Below, piece after piece: positions 44,852-54,492 of a DNA stretch of 59,318 nucleotides. Below the pieces are notes generated by a model. The model did not search any database and was not told where the DNA came from. It saw only the letters and a list, made by a program, of their open reading frames with translations. The stretch comes from Fidelibacterota bacterium (GTDB taxonomy: Bacteria > Fidelibacterota > Marinisomatia > Marinisomatales > Marinisomataceae). Within the stretch, counting starts at the first letter, position 1; every line of letters begins with the position of its first letter. Where the stretch lies: contig JABHGE010000034.1 of assembly GCA_018672235.1 (NCBI GenBank), positions 1 to 59,318 of the forward strand, written 5' to 3'. Both the position numbers and the translations under genes were made by a program.

Positions 44852-46477
44852 ATGGCAAAAGAATATAAATCTAAAATAAATATTGAATCAGAATCTTATA
44901 TAAAAAATCGTGATGATATGTTAAAGCTAATAACAAAGCTACATAACATTGAGAAAAGAGGTATTAATGCTTCAGAGCGTAAGCGTTCTCGTTTTGAAGA
45001 GCGTGGACAGTTAACACCTAGAGAAAGATTGAATGTATTAATTGATCCAAACTCTGAGTTTATTGAGTTATATAATATGGCAGGATATTTAGTAGAAGAT
45101 AAAAATCCTGATACTAGTGTTCCTGGAGCAAGTGTAATTGCAGGTATTGGATTTATTAACAATATCAGATGTTTGATAATGATTGATGATAGTGGAATTA
45201 ATGCTGGCGCTGTAACAAGCATGACAGTTGATAAAGCTATTGGATGTCTAAAAATTTCTTTAGAAAAAAAATTGCCTTTTGTTCATTTGGTTGAAAGCGC
45301 TGGAATCAATTTAATGAATTATAAAGTTGAAATTTGGGCAAGAGCTGGTAAGATGTTTGCAGGTTTAGCAAAGTTAAGTGCTGCTGGAATTCCAACCATA
45401 ACAGTATTACATGGTCTTTCTACAGCTGGAGGAGCTTATAATGTTGGAATGAGCGATTATGTTATTGGAGTAAAAAAGAACGGAATGGCTGCATTGGCAG
45501 GACCTGCTCTTTTAAAAGCTGCAACAAATGAAGTAGCTTCTAATGAAGAGCTAGGTGGTTCTGAGATGCATGCTACAGTTTCAGGTCTTGTAGAATATCT
45601 TGCTGACGATGATAAAGATGCTATTAGTATTGCTAGAGATGTTGTTAGTAGTCTTGGCTGGAATAGTCAAGTATCTCCCCTAAAGGTAAAAGAGTATCAA
45701 GAGCCAAAATATGATGCTGATGAAATTGCAGGTATTGTGAATCTAGATTATAAGAGACCTTATGATGTTAGAGAAATTTTATATCGAATTGTTGATGATT
45801 CTAAATTTATTGAATTTAAACCAAAGTATGGATTTACAACGCTCTGCTTTCATGCAGAAATTTATGGTAAAAATTGTGGAATTATAGGTAATAATGGACC
45901 AATAGATACGAATGGTGCTACTAAGGTTGCACAATTTATCCAGCTTTGTGACAAATCAAATATTCCACTAATTTTTATAAATAATGTTACAGGTTTTATG
46001 GTAGGTAAGCAGTATGAACAAGCGGGAATGATTAAGCATGGATCTAAAATGATTCAAGCGGTAACTAATGTAACAGTTCCTAAAATAACATTATATGCAG
46101 GTGCAAGTTTTGGTGCTGGTAACTATGGAATGTGTGGCTATGCTTATGAGCCAGATTTTTTACTATCTTGGCCTAATGCAGTTACAGGCGTTATGGGTGG
46201 AAAACAAGCAGCATCAACTATGAGTCAAGTCATTGCTGCCGCATCCAAAAAGCGTGGAGAAGAAATTGATCAAGATAAACTTGATATAAAAGAAAAAGCA
46301 ATTACAGAGCATTTCGATAATCAGTCAAGTGCATTCTATACGTCGGGACGATTGCTTGATATGGGAATAATTGATCCTAGACAGACAAGAAAGATTTTAG
46401 GTTTTCTGCTAGATACATGTAAAGAAGCTCAAAATCGTACATTAAAATCAAACACTTTTGGCATTGCAAGAATGTAG
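44852..46477 (+). CDS. acyl-CoA carboxylase carboxyltransferase (beta) subunit, geranyl-/methylcrotonyl-CoA carboxylase type
   Basis: 541 aa with two crotonase-like CT halves (GQLTPRERL..., DDSGINAGA; ...FINNVTGFMVGK, GAGNYGMCG). Confidence 0.9.
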   Translation: MAKEYKSKINIESESYIKNRDDMLKLITKLHNIEKRGINASERKRSRFEERGQLTPRERLNVLIDPNSEFIELYNMAGYLVEDKNPDTSVPGASVIAGIGFINNIRCLIMIDDSGINAGAVTSMTVDKAIGCLKISLEKKLPFVHLVESAGINLMNYKVEIWARAGKMFAGLAKLSAAGIPTITVLHGLSTAGGAYNVGMSDYVIGVKKNGMAALAGPALLKAATNEVASNEELGGSEMHATVSGLVEYLADDDKDAISIARDVVSSLGWNSQVSPLKVKEYQEPKYDADEIAGIVNLDYKRPYDVREILYRIVDDSKFIEFKPKYGFTTLCFHAEIYGKNCGIIGNNGPIDTNGATKVAQFIQLCDKSNIPLIFINNVTGFMVGKQYEQAGMIKHGSKMIQAVTNVTVPKITLYAGASFGAGNYGMCGYAYEPDFLLSWPNAVTGVMGGKQAASTMSQVIAAASKKRGEEIDQDKLDIKEKAITEHFDNQSSAFYTSGRLLDMGIIDPRQTRKILGFLLDTCKEAQNRTLKSNTFGIARM

Positions 46478-46486
46478 GAGAAAAAT

Positions 46487-47293
46487 ATGACCACAAATCT
46501 ACCAAATACGGAAAGCATTAAACTAGAATTAGACAATAATTGGCTAACAATCTGGCTCAATACACCTGAAAATCGTAATGCACTAACCGATCAAATGATT
46601 AATGATTTTAATAATGTATTTGAAGTATTGAATGACACTAAAGATGTCAGAGGCGTGACTATTAGAGGAAAAAATAATATTTTTTGTGCTGGTGGTGATT
46701 TAAAAGGAATGAATAAGGTGTTTGATAGCAAAAATCCAATTGAAGATGCCATAGAATTGAGTACAAGAGTCGGACATTTTTTTAAAGCAGTCAATTCTTT
46801 ACCACAAGTAACTATTATGATCATTGAGGGTTTTGCAATGGCTGGAGGGTTAGGCCTTGCATGTGCAGGAGATGTTACTATAGTTCAATCTGATACAAAA
46901 TTTGCTCTAACAGAAACTATGGTTGGATTAACTCCAGCTCAAATATCACCATACCTTGTTTCAAAAATGGGATATGCAAATGCTAGAAGATTAATGTTGA
47001 CTGCAGCAAGCTTTAATGGAAGAGAAGCTCTTAGGTTTGGGCTAGCAGATTTTATTTTTGATGATGAAAACCAAGGAAGAGACATAGAAGAGCAACTTAA
47101 ATCTCAAGTATTAAATTGTGCACCAGGAGCTATTGCTCAAACAAAAGAACTAATCAATTCTTTTGCGATTAAAGTGGATAAAAATTTTATTGATTTAGCA
47201 AGCAAGAACTTCGCTGATCAAATCTTAAATGGAGAAGGCAAAGAAGGCATATCTTCATTTATTGAAAAACGTAAACCAAAATGGAAAAAATAA
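46487..47293 (+). CDS. enoyl-CoA hydratase/isomerase family protein (AtuE/LiuC-like)
   Basis: Crotonase fold motifs FCAGGDLK and GFAMAGGLGLACAGD, with a C-terminal FIEKRKPKW. Confidence 0.85.
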   Translation: MTTNLPNTESIKLELDNNWLTIWLNTPENRNALTDQMINDFNNVFEVLNDTKDVRGVTIRGKNNIFCAGGDLKGMNKVFDSKNPIEDAIELSTRVGHFFKAVNSLPQVTIMIIEGFAMAGGLGLACAGDVTIVQSDTKFALTETMVGLTPAQISPYLVSKMGYANARRLMLTAASFNGREALRFGLADFIFDDENQGRDIEEQLKSQVLNCAPGAIAQTKELINSFAIKVDKNFIDLASKNFADQILNGEGKEGISSFIEKRKPKWKK

Positions 47294-47312
47294 TTTTATT
47301 TAGGAGAAAAAG

Positions 47313-48464
47313 ATGAAATTTACAGACGAACATCACGCATTATATAAAACTGTTAAAGAATTCGGTGAAAATGAAATAAAACCATTTTCTGAAGAATGGG
47401 AAAAAGCAGGAATTTATCCAGCCCATGAAATTTTTAAAAAAATGGGTGATTTAGATTTATTGGGAATAACAAAAGATCCCAAATATGGAGGAACAGGACT
47501 TGATTATTCTTTTTCTGTTGTCTTTGCTGAAGCGCTTGGACATGCTTGTAATGCTTCGGCAATAATGAGTATAGGAGTGCAAACTGATATGGCAACTCCT
47601 GCTTTGGATAAATATGGATCTGATCTGATTAAGAAAGAATTTTTAGCACCATCTATATCTGGTGATTATGTTGCTGCTCTTGCAGTAAGTGAGCCAAATA
47701 GTGGTTCAGATGTTGCATCAATTAAAACTTCAGCAAAGAAAGATGGTGATGACTATATCATTAATGGTCAAAAAATGTGGATTACTAATGCTACTCAAGC
47801 AGACTATTTTTGTGTATTAGCCAATACAAGCAATGATTCAGTACATCACAATAAATCATTAATCGTAGTTCCATCAAGTACTCCAGGGCTGTCTGTCGGT
47901 GATAAAATAGATAAAATTGGAATGAGAGCTTCAGATACAGCGCCAGTTTATTTTGATAATGTAAGAGTACCTCAAGCTTATAGAATCGGAGAGGAAGGTA
48001 CAGGATTTACTATGCAAATGAAGCAATTTCAAGAGGAGAGATTATTCCTTACAGCGTCAACTCTTATAGCAATGGAAAATTGTATAAAAGATACTATTGA
48101 ATATTGTACAGAAAGAAAGGCTTTTGGAAAGTCAATTCTAGATAATCAAGTTATTCATTTTAGACTTGCTGAGCTTCAAACTGAGCTTGAAGCATTAAGA
48201 GCTTTAACTTATAAAGCATGCGATAGATTTGTTGATGGTAAGGATGTAACAATGTTAGCATCGATGGCAAAGTTAAAAAGTGGAAGATTGATACGTGAAG
48301 TTACAGATTCATGTTTGCAATATTGGGGCGGAATGGGCTTTACTACTGAAAATCCTGTCTCTCAACAGTATAGAGATGGTAGACTTCAATCAATTGGTGG
48401 CGGAACAGATGAAATAATGCTACAGATTATTTGTAAGCATATGGATACGTTACCGAAAAAATAA
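47313..48464 (+). CDS. acyl-CoA dehydrogenase (AtuD/LiuA-like)
   Basis: ACAD motifs ALAVSEPNSGSD, WITNA, QYWGGMGF, and the catalytic-base region IGGGTDEIM. Confidence 0.9.
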   Translation: MKFTDEHHALYKTVKEFGENEIKPFSEEWEKAGIYPAHEIFKKMGDLDLLGITKDPKYGGTGLDYSFSVVFAEALGHACNASAIMSIGVQTDMATPALDKYGSDLIKKEFLAPSISGDYVAALAVSEPNSGSDVASIKTSAKKDGDDYIINGQKMWITNATQADYFCVLANTSNDSVHHNKSLIVVPSSTPGLSVGDKIDKIGMRASDTAPVYFDNVRVPQAYRIGEEGTGFTMQMKQFQEERLFLTASTLIAMENCIKDTIEYCTERKAFGKSILDNQVIHFRLAELQTELEALRALTYKACDRFVDGKDVTMLASMAKLKSGRLIREVTDSCLQYWGGMGFTTENPVSQQYRDGRLQSIGGGTDEIMLQIICKHMDTLPKK

Positions 48465-48694
48465 TTTTAGGACAAAGTTATAAATATAGGTTTTGATGCA
48501 ATTAGACTAAAAAGCCCTTTTCATACTGAAGATTATATTCAATGGCAGAGGAGCAAACTAAAACCTAACCAAGGGTAAATGAAAGGAATTAAGAGGTATT
48601 GTTTTAACTTTAATCTGCTCCTCATCTTAGTATATGTTTTATATAAAATAATGTTCCCCTTTTTTCTTTTTTTTACTTATTATACAAACATGAT

Positions 48695-48768
<74 letters not shown>

Positions 48769-48799
48769 CTAACCTCCGCTCAACAAAGGACAATTAAAA

Positions 48800-50068
48800 A
48801 TGAACTTATCAAATGAAAAAAAACATAGTAAACTAGCCAAGATTTTATTGAATCCTATTTTTCTTTTTCTGATCGTAGCCTCTTCAATGTGGTCAGTATG
48901 GGACATAAGTAAATCGGAATCTTCTGAGGAATTATTAATGAAAAAAGCAAATGAACTAGCACAAAAATTTATTATTACAGACGGTCATATTGATGTCCCT
49001 TGGCGTTTGCATAAGGGAGGATATGAAGATTTATCTGTAAGAACTACAGGAGGAGACTTTGATTATATTCGCGCAACAGAAGGCGGATTAGATGTTCCTT
49101 TTATGTCAATATACGTTCCTGCTACTTATCAAGTGACTGGTGGAGCGAAAGCAATGGCAGAAGAACTGATTCAGTCAGTTGAAAAAATCACTACAGATCA
49201 TCCTGATAAATTTGAAGTAGCTTATAATGTTGCAGATGCAGAAAGAATAGTAAGTGAAGGAAAGATAGCACTTCCTATGGGGATGGAAAATGGAGCTCCA
49301 TTAGAGGGTGATTTATCAAATGTTAAATATTTTCATGAACGTGGAATTAGCTATATTACATTAACACATTCAGAAGATAATGACATATGTGACTCATCAT
49401 ATAATCTTGGCGAAAGAACGCATAAAGGGTTAAGTGAATTTGGAGCAGAAGTTGTTAAAGAGATGAATAAGATCGGTATAATGATTGATATTTCTCATGT
49501 ATCAGATGATGCATTTTATCAAATAATGGATGTTACTGAGGTTCCAGCAATAGCTTCTCATTCATCTGCTAGACATTTTACTCCAGGTTTTGAGCGTAAT
49601 ATGAGCGATGACATGATCAAACGCCTTGCTGAAAATGGCGGAGTGATACAAATCAATTTTGGTTCATCATTTGTTACTAAATCATCACAAGATAAGCGTA
49701 CTGCAAATGGAGAAAAAGTAAGTCAGTATATAGAAGAAAATAATTTAGAATCTGATGATCCTAAAGTTCAAGAGTTTGCTAAGCAAGTTGCTGAAGATAA
49801 CCCTGTTTTTTGTGATGTAACAGATGTAGCAGACCACATTGATCATGTAGTAAAATTAGCTGGTATTGAGCATGTTGGTTTTGGATCAGATTATGATGGA
49901 GTTGGTGATACGCTTCCATATGGACTTAAAGACCCTTCTGATTTTCCTAACTTAATATATCATTTATTAAAAAGAGGTTATTCTGAAGAGGATATCGAAA
50001 AAATATGTTATAAAAATGTATGGCGTGTTTGGAAAGCAACTGAAGAATTTGCTAATTCTCAAAGTTAG
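48800..50068 (+). CDS. membrane-anchored dipeptidase, peptidase family M19
   Basis: N-terminal TM, DGHIDVPW metal-binding start, and the ISHVSD and HVGFGSDYDG motifs of renal-dipeptidase-type enzymes. Confidence 0.85.
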   Translation: MNLSNEKKHSKLAKILLNPIFLFLIVASSMWSVWDISKSESSEELLMKKANELAQKFIITDGHIDVPWRLHKGGYEDLSVRTTGGDFDYIRATEGGLDVPFMSIYVPATYQVTGGAKAMAEELIQSVEKITTDHPDKFEVAYNVADAERIVSEGKIALPMGMENGAPLEGDLSNVKYFHERGISYITLTHSEDNDICDSSYNLGERTHKGLSEFGAEVVKEMNKIGIMIDISHVSDDAFYQIMDVTEVPAIASHSSARHFTPGFERNMSDDMIKRLAENGGVIQINFGSSFVTKSSQDKRTANGEKVSQYIEENNLESDDPKVQEFAKQVAEDNPVFCDVTDVADHIDHVVKLAGIEHVGFGSDYDGVGDTLPYGLKDPSDFPNLIYHLLKRGYSEEDIEKICYKNVWRVWKATEEFANSQS

Positions 50069-50076
50069 TATAGTTC

Positions 50077-50820
50077 CTACTCAGAAATTTGTCGTAATCG
50101 TTCAAAAACAATTGCACTAACAGCTGAGGATACATTAAGAGAATTCATATTATTTGACATTGGAATTGTAGCAGTAAAATCAGAATTTTTTAATACCTGC
50201 TTACTCACTCCATTACCTTCGCCACCAAAGATTAATATGGAACGGCCTTTTAAATCTATTGAATACCAATCTTTTGCATCAATATTATTTTCAAAACTTG
50301 TAATCCAAAAATCATTTTTCTTAAAATGCTCAATAGTTTGATTAATATTCACTGCAGAATACAGAGGTATCTTGGCAAAACCTCCTTGACTTACTTGAGC
50401 TACCGCACTAGTCATAGACACACTATTTCTGTCAGTAATAATAACTCCATCAACACTTCCTCCAGCACAAATACGTAGTATCTGACCTAAATTGTGAGGA
50501 TCTTGAACTTGATCAAGAATAACGTAACATGAATTTTTTTGTTCTGTTAATGGTAGAGATGAGAAGCTTGATGCTTTTGCTTTTATCAATATTCCTTGAG
50601 ATCTATTACTATCAATCTTTTCTCTGAAACTATGACCATCAAGTATAGTAACTTTATCTTGAGGTATTTTTTCACATAATGTTTTGATACCTTGATGATT
50701 GTATGCAGGAGAGTTTTTTTCAATATAAATTCGATTAACCTCTATTAGACTTGACTCAATAGCATCATGACATCCATTGATGCCATACACTGAAATTCGA
50801 TGTTTTGTAAATTTGTCCAT
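50077..50820 (-). CDS. rlmB: SpoU/TrmH-family RNA 2'-O-methyltransferase (RlmB-like)
   Basis: N-terminal substrate-binding domain plus SPOUT motifs (LDQVQDPHNLGQILR, FGGEGNGV, SLNVSSA). Confidence 0.75.
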   Translation of the reverse strand: MDKFTKHRISVYGINGCHDAIESSLIEVNRIYIEKNSPAYNHQGIKTLCEKIPQDKVTILDGHSFREKIDSNRSQGILIKAKASSFSSLPLTEQKNSCYVILDQVQDPHNLGQILRICAGGSVDGVIITDRNSVSMTSAVAQVSQGGFAKIPLYSAVNINQTIEHFKKNDFWITSFENNIDAKDWYSIDLKGRSILIFGGEGNGVSKQVLKNSDFTATIPMSNNMNSLNVSSAVSAIVFERLRQISE

Positions 50821-50850
50821 AAATTATGCTTAAATTTAGTAAAAAAATTG

Positions 50851-51249
50851 ATGATAAAAATTAAAGAATCAGAATTAAACTTTTCATTTATAAGATCTCG
50901 AGGTCCTGGAGGTCAGAATGTAAATAAAGTTTCTACTGCTGTTCAGTTGAGATATAATATTATTAATGCTGATATTCCAGAAGATATTAAGAACAGATTT
51001 TGTGATAAGTATTATAATAAAATATCAAAAAATGGTGATGTGATTATTGTTGCCCAATCACATAGAACACAAAATAAAAATAAAATAGATGCTATCAAGA
51101 GGTTAGAAAGTTTATTTTCAGACATAAAGATTCCCGTTAAACGAATTGCTACGAAACCTTCTTGGAGTTCTCAGGTTAAAAGAGTGAAAAGTAAAAAAAA
51201 GAGATCAGTATTGAAGAAAAATAGAAAAAAGGTAATCCTAGATGAATAA
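50851..51249 (+). CDS. arfB: alternative ribosome-rescue factor ArfB (peptidyl-tRNA hydrolase, GGQ domain)
   Basis: GPGGQNVNKVSTAVQLRY GGQ motif with a very basic C-terminal tail. Start moved to the ATG at 50851, because the track's 17-aa extension overlaps the divergent rlmB start. Confidence 0.85.
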   Translation: MIKIKESELNFSFIRSRGPGGQNVNKVSTAVQLRYNIINADIPEDIKNRFCDKYYNKISKNGDVIIVAQSHRTQNKNKIDAIKRLESLFSDIKIPVKRIATKPSWSSQVKRVKSKKKRSVLKKNRKKVILDE

Positions 51250-51787
51250 GTATATTATTATTCTATTCATATCATCTTTTTTGATAGCTCAAGAAGAAAT
51301 TGAAAAAAAAGATCTTTCTATTCCACCTCTACTACAAGAAGAAATGACTGATCTTGAACTAATGTTAGTTGCTGATATAAATACCAATGAAACTTTAAGT
51401 GAATTTTTAAAACTAAATATAATTTCTAATTCTTTAAAATTGAATGCACCTCAATATGATCGTTTTGTTAAAAAAAATAATGTTGGAATGCTACTCCCAG
51501 TTAATACTTCGTCGTCACTTTATCTAGATGCAGGTATTCAAGGTTGGATTGAAGCGAATAAATATGTTCAAGAAAATAATGATAGTTATTCTGTCGGATT
51601 TTTTGGAAGTACTGGAGAAAAATTTAGTTATTATAATTCAAGAAAAGGATATGTAGATACAGATAATTATTTTAAAGATTCTTGGGATAAGCGATCCACC
51701 GATGATTACATTCGCTACATGCACATATCTCCTTATATGCCTGACTCTGAAAAAAATACAATATATGATCCCAATCGAACTCAATAA
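51242..51787 (+). CDS. hypothetical secreted protein
   Basis: 181 aa with a signal peptide (IIILFISSFLIAQEE). No recognisable domain. Overlaps the arfB stop by 8 nt and the murE start by 23 nt. Confidence 0.5.
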   Translation: MNKYIIILFISSFLIAQEEIEKKDLSIPPLLQEEMTDLELMLVADINTNETLSEFLKLNIISNSLKLNAPQYDRFVKKNNVGMLLPVNTSSSLYLDAGIQGWIEANKYVQENNDSYSVGFFGSTGEKFSYYNSRKGYVDTDNYFKDSWDKRSTDDYIRYMHISPYMPDSEKNTIYDPNRTQ

Positions 51788-53216
51788 AGTCCTAGACGGT
51801 ATCGTAGAACTCGATAATTCGCTGCTTGGGAAACAAGTATTGGGAATTAGTATGAACTCGAAAGATATTAGTCCAGGATTCGTATTCGTTGCTATTAATG
51901 GAACTAAGTTTAATGGAAATGATTTTATAGATGAGGCACTGCTCAAAGGCGCAATATGTGTTATTAGTGATTCAAAAAATAGAGAACAGTCTAGTAAAGT
52001 TATTCAGGTGAAAAATGCTAGAGAAGCACTTGGAAAAATTGCAGCTAACTTTTATGATCACCCTGAACATAAAATTAAACTTATTGGCGTGACAGGAACT
52101 AACGGCAAGACTTCTACAACATTAATATTAAAAAGTATTCTTGAGTCTTACGGTAAAAAAGTGCTTCAAGTTGGAACTTTAGGGATTATTCCAAATATAG
52201 TTAACAATGATTTTGGGTTAACTACTCCCAATTCTATAGATATTTTTAAGATACTCAATGCTGCAGTACAGAAAGAGTACGATTTTGCTATATTGGAAGT
52301 TTCATCGCATGCTTTGTCACAGAATAGAGTTGATAATCTTAGATTTGATTTTGCAGGCTTTACTAATCTTACTTTAGATCATTTAGACTATCATGGCACT
52401 ATACAAAAGTATTTTAATGATAAGAAAAAATTATTTGGATTGATAAAAGACAATGGATCGAGTTTGATACTTAGTGATAGCACATATGGCAAAGATATTT
52501 GTAATGAATATGACAACACCAATACTATATCCCTTGCAAATAAAGATGCAGACTTTTATTGTGTAGATTTTAATTTAAATCATAATGGCACTACCGCTAT
52601 TTTTAATTTTAAAGGTACATCTATAGAGGTTACTTCAAAACTAGTAGGAAAGTATAATCTCGAGAATGTTATTTTAGCCGCTACAGTTGCTTTTGAAGCA
52701 GGAGTTGATATAGAATCCATTAAAGAAGGAATTGCTTCATGTAAATTTATTCCTGGGAGGTATGAATTTATATCAAATAAGGGTCCAGCTATTATTATCA
52801 GTGACTATGGGCATACTCCAGATGCATATACTAATGTTTTACAATCTATCAAAGATGTATATCATGATAAAAATATTAAAGTTTTATTTGGAGCTGGCGG
52901 TAATAGAGATAAGTCAAAAAGAGCAGAAATGGCAAATGCGATAGAAAATTTTGCAGTTCAATGTTATTTGGCTCCTGACAATCCAAGATTTGAAAATATT
53001 GATGATATTAATCATGAAGTTGTAAAAGGTTTTTCAAAAAATATTTATCAACTATTCAATGATAGAGAAAAAGGATTAATAGCAGCACTAGCAGATTTAA
53101 CTTCAAATGATATCTTAATTATTTTTGGAAAAGGTAATGAAGAATACCAAGAGATTAGTGGCAAAAAATTACATTATTCAGATAGAAAAATTATAGAAGA
53201 ATTTTATGAGAATTGA
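51765..53216 (+). CDS. murE: UDP-MurNAc-L-Ala-D-Glu:meso-DAP (or L-Lys) ligase
   Basis: VTGTNGKTST P-loop, and a DNPR motif (APDNPRFE) typical of DAP-adding MurE. Start set to the ATG at 51765 (MIPIELNKVL...). Confidence 0.9.
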   Translation: MIPIELNKVLDGIVELDNSLLGKQVLGISMNSKDISPGFVFVAINGTKFNGNDFIDEALLKGAICVISDSKNREQSSKVIQVKNAREALGKIAANFYDHPEHKIKLIGVTGTNGKTSTTLILKSILESYGKKVLQVGTLGIIPNIVNNDFGLTTPNSIDIFKILNAAVQKEYDFAILEVSSHALSQNRVDNLRFDFAGFTNLTLDHLDYHGTIQKYFNDKKKLFGLIKDNGSSLILSDSTYGKDICNEYDNTNTISLANKDADFYCVDFNLNHNGTTAIFNFKGTSIEVTSKLVGKYNLENVILAATVAFEAGVDIESIKEGIASCKFIPGRYEFISNKGPAIIISDYGHTPDAYTNVLQSIKDVYHDKNIKVLFGAGGNRDKSKRAEMANAIENFAVQCYLAPDNPRFENIDDINHEVVKGFSKNIYQLFNDREKGLIAALADLTSNDILIIFGKGNEEYQEISGKKLHYSDRKIIEEFYEN

Positions 53217-54492
53217 TATACAGCAATCTGAATTGTTTACCGCATACTTCTCAAATGAAATTGATTGTAAAATTGATTATTTAATATCAGGTATTAGTAC
53301 AGATAGTAGAGATATTAGAGATGGTGATTTATTCTTAGCTCTTAAAGGAGAGCATTTTGATGGATCTAATTTTATCAATCAAGCTATTAAAAATGGAGCG
53401 GTTTGTTGTCTTGCAGAGTCTGGCACTAAATCGGACAATATATTTATTGTTAATGATGTCACATCACTAATTGGAAAAATTTGTGCTAGATGGATGAATG
53501 ATTTTGAAGGTTATACTATTGCGGTAACAGGAACGAATGGTAAAACCACATCAAAAGATATGATATATCATATCTTAAGTAAATCAGGCCATCGCGTATG
53601 TAAAACTCAAGGTAATTTTAATACATCTATTGGAGTTCCTTTGAGCATATTTTCTTTTTCAGATAATGTAGATTATTATGTACTAGAACTTGGAGCAAAT
53701 CAAGTTGGAGATATCAAAAATTTGTCATCAATAATTAAGCCAAACTGCGCTATTGTCACCAATATATCTGATGCTCATTTAGAAGGATTTGGTTCTCTAG
53801 ATAATATTATTAAAGAAAAAACATCTATCTTTGATCATTCAGATATAGGATTTTATAGATCACAGATTAATATTGATTATTCAAACCCTAAAATCAAATT
53901 ATTATCAGATAGTTTAGAAAATTTTCATTATCCAGAAAAGCTCAATCTAATGTTTGATAAAAACAGAACTTTACTTGAAAATGCTTTCACGGTATATCAC
54001 ACTTGTAATGCTATCATAGATATATCTATTGATGATTTCTTTGCATTAATTGAGGACTTTTCTTTGCCAAAAGGTAGAGGACAAGTATATCTTCTAGATA
54101 ATAACATAAAAATGATTGATGATACATATAATGCAAATCCTGAATCTGTTAAAGCAGCAATTGACAATCTTGTAAAGTATGACAATAAAGGAAGAAAAAT
54201 ATTTGTTTTTGGAGATATGAAAGAGCTTGGTATTGATGAGGCAAGGTTTCACAAAGAGATTGGTGAGTATTGTTCAGAAAAAATTGATATTATAATGTGT
54301 TATGGTGATTTAGCAAAAAATACTATTAATCATAGTAACAAAATTCCAATACAACTACATTTTGATACGAAAGAAAGCTTATCCAAGAAGCTTTGCAGCG
54401 AGATTCAAAAAAATGATGTAATTTTATTAAAAGGTTCTCGCAGCATGAAATTAGATTTGATAATAAAAGATATTATAAATTATGTTAAATGA
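53206..54492 (+). CDS. murF: UDP-MurNAc-tripeptide--D-Ala-D-Ala ligase
   Basis: STDSR, VTGTNGKTTSKDM and DDTYNANPESV motifs. Confidence 0.9.
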   Translation: MRIDIQQSELFTAYFSNEIDCKIDYLISGISTDSRDIRDGDLFLALKGEHFDGSNFINQAIKNGAVCCLAESGTKSDNIFIVNDVTSLIGKICARWMNDFEGYTIAVTGTNGKTTSKDMIYHILSKSGHRVCKTQGNFNTSIGVPLSIFSFSDNVDYYVLELGANQVGDIKNLSSIIKPNCAIVTNISDAHLEGFGSLDNIIKEKTSIFDHSDIGFYRSQINIDYSNPKIKLLSDSLENFHYPEKLNLMFDKNRTLLENAFTVYHTCNAIIDISIDDFFALIEDFSLPKGRGQVYLLDNNIKMIDDTYNANPESVKAAIDNLVKYDNKGRKIFVFGDMKELGIDEARFHKEIGEYCSEKIDIIMCYGDLAKNTINHSNKIPIQLHFDTKESLSKKLCSEIQKNDVILLKGSRSMKLDLIIKDIINYVK

